A stretch of DNA of 46,411 nucleotides, filler included, from Sphacelaria rigidula (Eukaryota): the NCBI GenBank assembly GCA_964200075.2. It is 2 parts of 2 records of this genome, joined end to end, with 100 filler letters (N's around TTAATTAATTAA, not from the genome) between each part and the next. Parts side by side here need not be neighbours in the genome. Positions count along the whole stretch, not along the records: positions 1 to 23,164 come from CAXNAA020000283.1; 1 more part is not named here. The stretch is one strand, 5' to 3'. The translations under genes and the position numbers were made by a program. The notes below the pieces were generated by a model. That model saw nothing but the letters and a program-made list of their open reading frames with translations, searched no databases and had not been told where the DNA came from. Of this stretch, positions 1 through 10,364 are shown piece by piece. The first letter of the stretch is position 1; every line of letters begins with the position of its first letter.

Positions 1-24
1 CGCTCGTCCGATCCCCTCCCTTGT

Positions 25-78
25 AAATAGTAAATGGTCAAATGACAAAGGCAAGCACCAAATGACTACGCCCCCCCC
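25..78 (+). mobile_element. Extremely 5'-truncated 3' tip of the same LINE family
   Basis: AATGGTCAAATGAC...TACGCCCCCC matches the 3' end at about 11981-12026; flanked by the 12-bp direct repeat CCCCTCCCTTGT at 13-24 and 79-90. Confidence 0.65.
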
Positions 79-2273
79 CCCCTCCCTTGTCTGTCGCTCA
101 CCATTCCACTAGCCGAAAATCGGCGATGTTTTCTTGCCGACCATGGCCCAAAGCGCCGTCGATACCCTCGCCCGCCGAGTACACACACCCCATGCTGGTC
201 ACTAAAAGAGTGTGCCTGCAATCGCGCGGATACAGCGTACATCAGGGACGGACATATCACCATCAATATTATCCACATCAGACTAATGCTGAGATAGCCC
301 CCCCACGAAAAGTGCCCCGGAGATCGTACGACAAACCGGCTGCGATCCCACTATTGGGCTCGTTTGCAGCAATTTCGCTCAAATGAAAGGCGTGTAGGAG
401 TCCGAAATCAGCTATAACGCCCAAATGAGTCGCGTCGTGCGGCACGAGATCTGCTCTAAGGGTATTTTTCATCATCGCCCCCGTGCACTGTTTTGGCCGG
501 TTCGGGGGGGGGCTATCTCGGCAGCAGTCATCACTGCTTAGCCGAGGATGCCTATGCACTAAAACAAATTGGGTTCCTGTAAGCACCCGGAGGCACCATG
601 CACGCGAAGCAGAAAAATCATCATCATAACCACCACTGCTACCACCACTACCCGTAACAACAGCAACAACAGTAGCAGCAAGACGCTTCAGATATCACGA
701 CTGTGGAAGTGATTCTACTGCCAACAACAAGGAGAACGCGGGAAAGCAAGTGGTTGTACATCGCATTTCGTGGGTCGCCGTTTCGGTGTTTCGGAAGATC
801 TTAGAGATCGTGGAGGCGAACAGGCGGGTACATTGGGACGGCTTGCTGTCCGGATAGCTGTGAGTCATGGCGAGCGAAACGTATATCTCCATCGTCCTGA
901 TACCTAACCGTAACCTCAACCCCTCCAAACCTGCACCAAATCGAGGGTTACACCATTGCCCACCTCTCACTGCATGCTACAGGAACAGCTCTGTCCCCAG
1001 ATGACATGCTGACAGGGTCGGATAACCCAAATCCTGACCTTGACCCTAATTCCCACCTAACCTTAACCTCCAAACCTGTTCAACACCCCACCCGAAGCCG
1101 TAGCCTCGACCATAGCCCGTACATACTCACAATCACATCGAGGTGTACAAGATATCCTCACCTCTCGCTGCACGCAACAGCTACGATTCTCTCCCCAGGA
1201 AGCATGCCGACGGGCTCGACAGGGACGGGTTGCATGGCGGCAGCGACTGCGCTGCTTCCTGCAGCCGGCAATCCCAAGCACCCCACGGTGTTGTCTCCCC
1301 AAGCGAATGCCGCCGTCGATTTGGAGTTAGGCTCTGAAGAAACGCCACAAAACACCTGGTGAAAGGCGAAGTGATTTTTCGAAGGACGCCGCCGAGCATT
1401 GCAAATGTCCATTGGTTTGGTGTCGCCCGAAAAGCCCATATTGTGCCAGATGGTCGTAACTCGGCCCGTACTGCGATAAATTGTCACGTAAAGCCATTGG
1501 TGTAATCTTTTGATCCAGGCGCATAGGCTGGGTCGCATCCTCATGTCTTCGTTGACGGAAATAAAAAGCATCTTGACACAAAATGACTTGTGCCAGGGAT
1601 CAAACCCTTGTTCCCGTCAGGGATTAAACCCTCCACCTCCACCGTGAAGGCTCCAGTTGTAGCACTCAGACCAGCGAAACATCTCGGCTCTTCACGAACG
1701 GGGTATTTTCGAAATCCGTCCACGCGGTACTCATTTCTTAGACTCGGGACCTGAAACTTTGACACGCCATTGAGAACGAAATTAGCGACATGGTCTACGC
1801 CGTCCAAAGCCGTTTTCCATTTTGTTCGTGGATTGGATCTTCAATGTCTCTCTCTCTCTCTATATATATATATATCCAGTAGGAAACATTGAATGGGTCT
1901 CATCTCAGAGAAAATAAGGCAAGTAGCTTGGGGTGACGGGTAATGTGTCGGCGAATTCCTTGCAAGCCGCGTGTCGAAAACCCAGGCCCCGACTCGAAAC
2001 CACGGTATATGGCGATCATGACGATTCCCCCCTTCTGGGCCAGAACGGTTTGTACCTGCTGTGACTTCCTCCGATTCTGGCAGCGGGTGAAGTACCGGAA
2101 GAATCGGACACACCGCGGTCACCGTTCAGCGTTGTGCGTGTTGTCGTGCGCTAACAAGCTTCCAAAAAGGGTCATCTTTGTTTTCGTTCTTACGGTGCCG
2201 CTTCCACCAGCTGACGCCGTTTTTGATATATCTGTATTTCTGCACGGTGCTGTCTCCATGCATTGAAACCTTC

Positions 2274-2486
2274 CAAGGGCAGGTCGGGTAGAGTATACTC
2301 GATTGCGGGGAGTTTTGAAAGACGTACAGTACTTGAGGTATTTTACTCAAATTAGGGTAGAGTTTGAGGAGTCGTACCCAAATAATGATTGGGAATAGAT
2401 CCCTAAAACCCTACCCCCAATTTTTGTACTTTTTGCGACTTTTAAAATAGCCCGCAATTGAGTATACTCTACTCGACCTACCCTTG
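2274..2486. mobile_element. hAT-type MITE
   Basis: TIRs CAAGGG(C/T)AGGTCG(G/A)GTAGAGTATACTC; perfect 8-bp TSD AAACCTTC at 2266-2273 and 2487-2494. Confidence 0.9.
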
Positions 2487-3070
2487 AAACCTTCTTTGAT
2501 CGGTGAGACAAGCTGGATCACGTCGAGGCCATGCTGAGAGTGTAAGACTCGCCGAGGCCTTCGGTTGTCCCCAGCATGTCGTACCATTTGTTTCCTAGTA
2601 CGAGTTAATGTAGGGGGGTAGTCAACCGGGGCTACTTGCCTCCCGATGAAGGATACCCTAGATCGATTTATATATATATATACATATATGTATGTATGTA
2701 CATCACCTACATTGTGCTTTGTACTGCACCTGCCTTTAGGATAGTACAACGGGGAAGTTGTGTGTTCGATCCTTACGTGCATGACCAAATTTATTACTGC
2801 TAATTATACGAATAGTAGCAACGGCTTCGACCCACACGAGCCAGATTGCATAACCAAACAGACACGAAAAGCTTACACGCCGCCTGGCAATCATCTCCCT
2901 CCAGTCTCAGGCACTCTCAGACGTGAACTGGGTGATTTCTTCCTCGTATTTGTTCATTGCATGAATGTTTCAACTACATAAATGATACCGCTCCGGCATC
3001 GTCTGGTGCTGCAAGTACTGTCAATCTGGATGTCCGCTATTTATTTATTTTTCCTCACACTTTGAACCCC

Positions 3071-3339
3071 TCCCCTTCCTCGGGATGAATCCGTGGTCTC
3101 CAGGGATCAACTCATCTCTCCCCCGGTACGCCTTCATTTTGGTCTCGCGGATTGGGTCAGCACTCCCGCATCGCGTCAACTCACGCCACAACCCAGTCGA
3201 CTGCTTTGTTTACTCACGTTCTCACGCTTTCCACGGTGGAAATCATGTATTACGAAGAAAAACCCCAACGCATCGGGAATCGAACCCTCGTTCTCTCCAC
3301 CCTAATGGCGACAGTCGGACCAGTACACCACGGGGGCGC
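3071..3339 (-). mobile_element. tRNA-derived SINE family A, copy 1
   Basis: Minus-strand head GCGCCCCCGTGGTGTACTGG (A box) and GGTTCGATTCCC (B box); body shared with 5663-5942 and 38509-38832. Confidence 0.75.
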
Positions 3340-5173
3340 ATCGATCATCACCCATACCCTACTAATCGTGATTGGCTTAATCCAGGCGATCTTGTGTTTG
3401 TGTCGTGAATTTGTGGCCAGATTGTGCGAATGAATGCCAATATAGCGTGGATATCTCGTGCGGCTTGTCGCACGTCGATTTCGGAGCCTCATATTTGCAG
3501 AGTTGGGATTTAGGCACCACAGAAGGGCTGCTGCCTGCAGACAAGTGTGAGTGCACAGCGATCGCGTCTAGCTTACCGATTCTTGCACTTGGTATGATTC
3601 CTGCGTTGGACTGATCCTCGAGACCACACGACGTGCATGCTCCTGCACTGATCTAGCCTTTTCATTCAGAGCATGTACTTGACAGTGTCTCGTGTGTCTT
3701 AAAGTTTTAAAGTTTTGGTTATCGCAAAGGCAAGAACACAATTTCAAAAGTCCTTTGGCATAATAAAATGTTTTTAGCCAACTCGACGATTTCAGTAGGA
3801 AGACTGACGGATATTGATACATTGACACGTACCGCTGTTTTCCGCCTCCCACGAGCTAGTCCACCGCCGGTGACGCTGAACGATGACGAATACGGGCGTT
3901 GTTCTTCATTTGCCTCTCCCGCGCGACCCGGGACCTCACGAGAGCTGCTGGCGCCTCCGCCGCTTCCGCTATCCTTCGGCATCGGTTGAGTACAATCAAA
4001 CACGAATTGAAACACACGGTTTCATGTCATGCATAAACCTCTTCAAGAACCACGGACTGAGATCCATGGGTTGCCCATATTTCGTCAAACAAGGGAGCTG
4101 CGCAGCGGAACAAGTTCAACGCCGGATCAAGTCGAATCCAAGTCATATGGTGAGAAATATTTCAAGAAAACGACCAACATGAGTGCGCACTGAAGTATTT
4201 CTTCCTTGCGGTTCTTGCGGTTCTTCGTCGGTGAACTTTTGATACTTTGTGCCCACCCGCCTCAAATGTTTGTCTTCTGTTACCGTCGGCACACAATATC
4301 GCGTCTCCGATCGATCTTACCATGTTGTTGCGCTTACGTCGTACGTCGTTTCTCGCGCGTCCTTCGGCTACTGTGTCGTGTGTCAAGCCAAAATCTTCGA
4401 GTCTGCACTATGCGTAGAAGTAAAAGCAAAATTGACTCAAGCCGCGTCACATTGTGTGCGTGCTACCGACATCAAACATAGAGGTTCGAAGGGATTCGAA
4501 GCGCAAGCCGTTTCTTCCCTTCCTTCCTCTGTGGAAAACCGAGGCTTGAAAAATGGTTCGCTGACGGGGGGGGGGCGGGGCGCTACGGTCGCAAACCCTC
4601 AGGCCGAGAAATTGCGCAAGGGGTGGAACGAAAACAGGGTGCTGATAACCTATGTGGCTTGAAATCTTCACACCATTCTCGTAGGTCATCATTGATTCGG
4701 TGTTGTCGGCATGTGCAGGGGGAGAAGGATGCGCACTATAGATTGTACCAGTTTCTCCCAAAAGCGTTTCCCTCGTGATACCATCACAGCAGCCACACAA
4801 CTCTCCATAGAACGATGTGCCCCGTATCGCCACGACCACTACTACCAACATCGCCGCGCATCTCAGCAGCGTTCCGTACCTCAAGGATTCATCTCTCAAT
4901 TCGTGCCATCTTGATATATATACCGTGGGACTACCAAACCGCACACCTCGTCGAGGATGTGTTCGGGCGCGAATATCTCGACGACCTGGGGTGCCCGCTG
5001 ATCACGGAACTCTTCTGGGTGGAAATCCCTGCCTTGCTCGGGAGATAATCAATCAGTCAAACACTTGCGTCGATAGCCTCATATAGCTGTTACTGTGCTC
5101 GAGGTTCACATGATGCGTACAAAAACACTCGCGCAACGGCAGCCTCTCGACGGTTTTTGCCGTAGATCCTCAC

Positions 5174-5565
5174 CTCCTCCTCGCCTGACACCGAAGCTTG
5201 TCCCTCAGAACCTTCTCCAGATATTTCTGAAGCCCGTCCCTCATCTTCTCCACCACCCTCTCCGCGATTTTCTTCCTCACACCGTTCCCGAAGACCGTCA
5301 GGACGCAGCCTCAAACACACGTGACCTGCGCACCACTCCATTCCACTATTTCCTCGCCCCCCCCTTTCGCGTGTCCCCAGCTGCGTGGCCGCTTCTCGTT
5401 GCGGATGTACTTGGGATTGCGCCGCTTTCTCTGGTTCGTGTTGCCCTGTTTGCTGCGCTTTGGGCTCCCCCTCTTGATTTTGCGGCGTGACGACCTGGCT
5501 TCCTTGCCCTTCGCTTTCCTGAGCATCGCAAAACACGTCGTTCTCCTCCTCCACGCGTTCGACAG
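5174..5565 (-). CDS. Candidate internal exon (acidic, Gly/Glu-rich), possibly a downstream part of the - strand gene
   Basis: CAG acceptor at 5568-5566, open frame VERVEEENDVFCDAQESEG...SVSGEEE, GTGAGG donor at 5173. Composition resembles the upstream exons; no homology recognised. Confidence 0.35.
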
Positions 5566-5662
5566 CTGCGTGTCACGGAATTCGACCATTCGACCACACA
5601 ATTCAAGCCTGATTTGAAGGTTCAGAATGTTCCAGGTTTTTTGTTGTTGCACTTCGGATCTC

Positions 5663-5942
5663 TCCCCTTCCTCGGGAGGAGTCCGTGGTCTCAAGGGGTC
5701 GACCTATATCTCCCTGATACATGCCTTGCACTTTGGTCTCGCGGCTTGGGTCGGCCCTCCCGCACCGCGTCAACTCACGTCAAACACACTCAGTCGACTA
5801 CAATACTTGGTTTACTCACGTTCTCGCGCTTTTCACGGTGAAAATCAGATGTTAGGAAGCAAAGAAGCCAACACATCGCGAATCGAACCCTCGTTCTCTC
5901 CACCGTGATGGTGACAGTCGGACCATTATACCACTGGGGCGC
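5663..5942 (-). mobile_element. tRNA-derived SINE family A, copy 2
   Basis: A box TGGTATAATGG, B box GGTTCGATTC; colinear with copy 1. Confidence 0.75.
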
Positions 5943-7239
5943 GAAGGCTCCATTGTGATCGTGAAGTTATACCAACGGCTATACGGCGGGGCAGGAGCGG
6001 GCAGGTTTCTTTTTCTGAAGTAGGTACGAAACACGAGCGAGTTCAATTGCGTCAATCCTTCAACCGCCCATGCTAATTTGCTTCTAGTCTTGCTGAGCCG
6101 ACACGCGCTCGACTTGGCGGGCGGGGGTGCAAGGTATAGGGGGCAAAGAGAGCGTGGGGTTCTGGAAATATTCCTTTCTAGGGAATATCACGGATGCCGG
6201 TGAACACCGCGAGTGCTACTGTGCTATTCCAAATCAGGTCTTACAAGCCAACACGATTGACTGCAAGTTTCGTCGCTGGGCAGGCGCGGAAGAGTGTCAT
6301 GGTCAGTATCCACTCCATCCGAGGTCGCCAAACCACTGCGCGCCCACAGGAGACGACTGTGAGTGTTATTGTACATGCATCAGTTGGTCTAGTCACCGCT
6401 CGTCTTGGCGCCCACGTTCCACAATCGAAGGTCCTCTGGTTTGCTCTAGCTCGTGGCTCAGTCGCGAAGAATAATGACGAACGACATACGCGTGGCGATG
6501 CCCTTCTTCAGCCCCAATTTCCCGTGTATCTAGGCGGGCGTCGCCTACCCGCCCCTCGCCAAGAACAAAAGTAATACAGTATCCATATCGTGTCCAACCG
6601 TGGTCCCAGGCGCTTCAAGACTTCTCACAAATACCACAGGACGCATAGGGTCATCGCGACTAACGGAGGACAAGGCAGGGGTGAAGATGCACACGAGCAC
6701 GTTGTACTGTGGGCAAGCCACAAACGCACGAACGGACGTAAACAAGCGCACAGAAACAATATATATATATATATAAATACATGATGCACGCACACCTTGA
6801 GAGAAAAGAACGTTCCTGCGTTTGCTAGGTGTCCTGCTCGGGGCAGTCGACAACAAGAGCGGGTGACCTCCGCAGTAGTTGCATGTCAGGCTTCCCACCC
6901 AACCCTCCACGTCCTCCCTGTTCTCAGCCACCTGTACGATACGATGGACGGACGTCCTATACGCGGTCACAAAAATAGGAATACACCCTTTCGAAACGGG
7001 CAGGTATTGGTATACAAGTGTGCTGTCGAGGGCATGTCAACGCTTTTCTTTTTCCTAGTACGAGGTTGTCGTGTTCTGGTTCGTGGCTCATGTGAATCAA
7101 ATGAAGACATTGGGAACCTGGGGAGTTTTGGCGTCAGTTTGGATTTTTTTTCCTACCGCCACGTGCTTTTACCCTGGTGCCTTGACAGAAAGAGCATTAT
7201 TCAAAAAAGGTGTGTCAGCATCTCAGAATTCTTCATGTT

Positions 7240-7650
7240 CAATGAGTCCGAGTCCGAGTCGCGTGACTCTTCCGACAAGTCAAGATTCGTCAACTGATTT
7301 CGAGTAGCTCGAAAGGACTTGAGTTCTACTCGCCCTCATTTTCCTTCGATGACTCGTAGGACTCGAGTCATACTCGTCCCCATTTTCGATGACTCGTAGG
7401 GTTCGAGTCATACTCGTAATCATTTGGGCTTTGACTAGTGGCTCGAGTCGCAGAGTATCGAACGAGTGTGTGCGATATGAAGGAACGGCGGAATGACAGC
7501 CAGCACTGCAGACTCAAGTCATAGTCGTCCCTCAATTTGCGAGGCGACTCGTAAGGATTCGACTCATGCTCGCCCGTCGGATCGCCAAATAGCTAGCGAT
7601 GACTCGAGTCAGTACGAGTCGCGAATCGCCCGACGTGTGGCGCTTTGAGT
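7240..7650. repeat. GACTC/GAGTC-motif-rich degenerate repeat, probable old MITE
   Basis: Dense GACTCG/CGAGTC motifs in both orientations with internal tandem units (TCGATGACTCGTAGG...CGAGTCATACTCGT); no clean termini found. Confidence 0.5.
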
Positions 7651-8175
7651 ACTTGTACAGAAATAATCATCAATAAAAGCCTCATACATCGTTTTTTTTC
7701 CTTTCACAACAGACAGCTATTATGGTGGCGTATAGTTAGTAGAAGTCAATGTATAGGAAAACAAATCTGCACACAAGTGCCCCCCCCCCCCAACAAACAT
7801 CTGTTTTGTAGCGCTACCAAAAGCTTGAAGCCAGCTGTAGACCCTACTATATTTATATTTATATCACCGCAACACATACGTAACTTGGATGCATCATATA
7901 AAACTTGAAGAGTGTAGCTTTCGTCAGGTGCCGGTCGCATATGCAGAAAGCAAACACAAGTTGCGGTAGCGCACGTCGAAAACGAGCGCTACGATTTCGC
8001 AGGGGAATACTTTTTTCGAGCCCATTTTCTAGCATCAAACCGTACAACCAGTTCAAAAAGAAAGCCGTGAACCAGGCGGTTCAAACGATCCATTCAGATT
8101 TTGAATCAGCGTCCGCAATCTCGAGGTTTGGATATGTGAAGAGGGGCACCTCGGGTAAACGGGCACTTGATTCGG

Positions 8176-9410
8176 CCCGAGGGTAATATGGATACTTAGG
8201 CATAACTTATCACAAAAGTATTTTTTCCCGTTATATTTCTCGTGCGTGACACCCATATCCATGTGGTTGTTTTAAGCCATCATTTGTTACATTCAAATCA
8301 AAATTGACCATTCTACAGTGCAATATTCGTTCAAACGTTTACCCCATGCCAGCCCAAGGGTAACGTCCAGAATCACGAATATTCAGGCATAACTCATTAC
8401 GAAAATATTGTCTTCTTTTTTTGTGTTCTCGTGCGTGACACCCTCGTTTATGCGATTCTTTGAAGCCGTCGGTTGTTATATTCTAATCACGATCGATCAT
8501 TCTACAGTGAAATATTCCTTCAAAACTTTACCCCGAGCCAGCCCAAGGGTAACGTCCAAAATCATGGATATTGAGGCATAACTCATTACGATTTTGTTTC
8601 CCCCCCTTTTTTGTTCTTCCTGAGTGACACCCGTATCCGTACGGTTCTTTGAAGCTATCGGTTGATATTCCAATCAAAATTGATCATTTTACAGTAAAAT
8701 ATTCGTCCAAACGTTTACCCCGAGCAAGCCCAAGGGTAACGTCCAAAATCATGGATATTAAGGCATATCTCGTTGAGAAAAAATTTGTCTCCCGTTTTGT
8801 TTTCTCCTGCGTTACACCCTCATTTATGCATTTCTTTTGAGCTGTCGTCTGTTATATTCCAATGAAAGTTGAGGATTATGTAATAAAATGTTTGTTCAGA
8901 CTCTTACCCCGAGCAAACCCAAGGGTAACGTCCAAAATCATGGACATCAAGGCATAACTCATGACCAACTGTTTTTCGTCGTGTTTCTCCTGTGTGACAC
9001 CCTCATGGATGTGGTTCTTTGAAGCCATCGGTTGCTATATTCCAATCAAAATCGACGATTCTACAGTAAAATATTCGTTCGACATTTTACCCCGAGCGAG
9101 TCCAAGGGTGACGTCCAAAATCATTGATATCAAGGCATATCTCTTGACGATAATATTTCCCCCCCACTATTGTTTCTCCTGGGGGACACCCTCGTTTATG
9201 CAATTTGTTAAACTCATCGTTTCTTATATTACAATCAAAATTGACGATTGTAGAATGAAATATTTGTCCAGACTCTTATCCCGAGCAAGCCCAAGGGCAA
9301 CGTCCAAAATCATGGATATTTAGGCCTAACTCAATACGAAAATATTTCTTTCCCGTTTTGTTTTCTCCTGCCTGTCAGTCTCATTCATACGGTTCGTTCA
9401 AGCTATAGAA
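8176..9410. repeat. Tandem array, unit of about 188 bp, about 6.5 copies
   Basis: Anchor CCAAGGGTAACGTCCAAAATCATGGA recurs near 8353, 8542, 8729, 8918, 9101 and 9290 (spacings 189, 187, 189, 183, 189). Confidence 0.95.
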
Positions 9411-10364
9411 AGTTCCCGTAGCCAAAAACTTAAAGAAATGGCGTCGAGCCTTCTCTAACAATACTCCACCGTAATACATCAATCGACGGGTGCGATAGCG
9501 CCGAAACCGAAAAAGCAAAAACAACAACAACAACAACAACAGAGGCAGGAAAAAGCATTCTGTGAAATTTGATGATAATATCGAACACAATGGAACAGCT
9601 GTCGAATGGGAAACGAAAAATGGGTATGTCCCTGTCTACAACTGACCGTGAAAAAAGCACCTCGTTTCATTGCACTCTCAAGAAGACGGCTCTTCATCTA
9701 AAATACGACAACCGCAATGGAGTGCCTGATACATACAGGTAAAGTCTGCCGAGGCTAAGCAAAGAAAGTAAGGCGATCTCAGGAGCATCTACCTCGGTGT
9801 CCACACCCGTACGCCCTAGCCGGAAGAACCCCCGCCTTCTTCGTGCTGGCCTTGACATCGCGGGAACGGATCTCGCTGGCTCTCCACCCTCCACCGATCC
9901 TGTAACGCCTGCTGGTGTCTGGGAAACCCTTAGCCAGCCCAGGCGGTATTTTTCCTGAGTTTCTACCGCAAATCCGGGACCGAAATAGCCCTTCCCCCAC
10001 CTATGAGGTTTCCCGCAGATATCGCAACGGGTAGGGGTGTGCCAAGACCTACCGGGTGAGGAGAACACTAGAATATCATAAGCATGCTGGGTATGCAGTA
10101 GGACGAGAGCACACCAAGTAACAATTATGGAAAATTGAAACCGGTTATGGATTATGGCAAGAGCGTACGTGATGTGGAGTACGACACGTGCCTTCGGACT
10201 CCCACATAGACAATGACTCGGCGTCCTCCTCGTCGCGCGGGACGATCGGGTCGCTCTCCCCATCCACTCCACCCCCGCTGCAACCGTGGTTTGCTTCGAC
10301 TGCCATCAGCGCTGCCCAGTGTTATCCTGTTATTGTCTCCAAGGCCCCTTACCACCCCTCTCAC

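Noticed and set aside
1323..2260. Overlapping short ORFs on both strands
   Set aside because: No recognisable domain or coherent exon structure by inspection.
5300..5325. In-frame TGA in a C-V-stop-G-C context on the - strand as possible selenocysteine
   Set aside because: No selenoprotein family similarity or SECIS identified, and another frame is fully open across the site.
8176..9410. Regularly spaced repeats as a possible CRISPR-like array (also 41055-41585)
   Set aside because: The whole unit is repeated with no unique spacers, there are no cas genes, and the context is eukaryotic.
7900..9700. Possible TIRs (TGAAGAG / CTCTTCA) enclosing the 188-bp array
   Set aside because: The match is only about 7 bp with no TSD; insufficient evidence.
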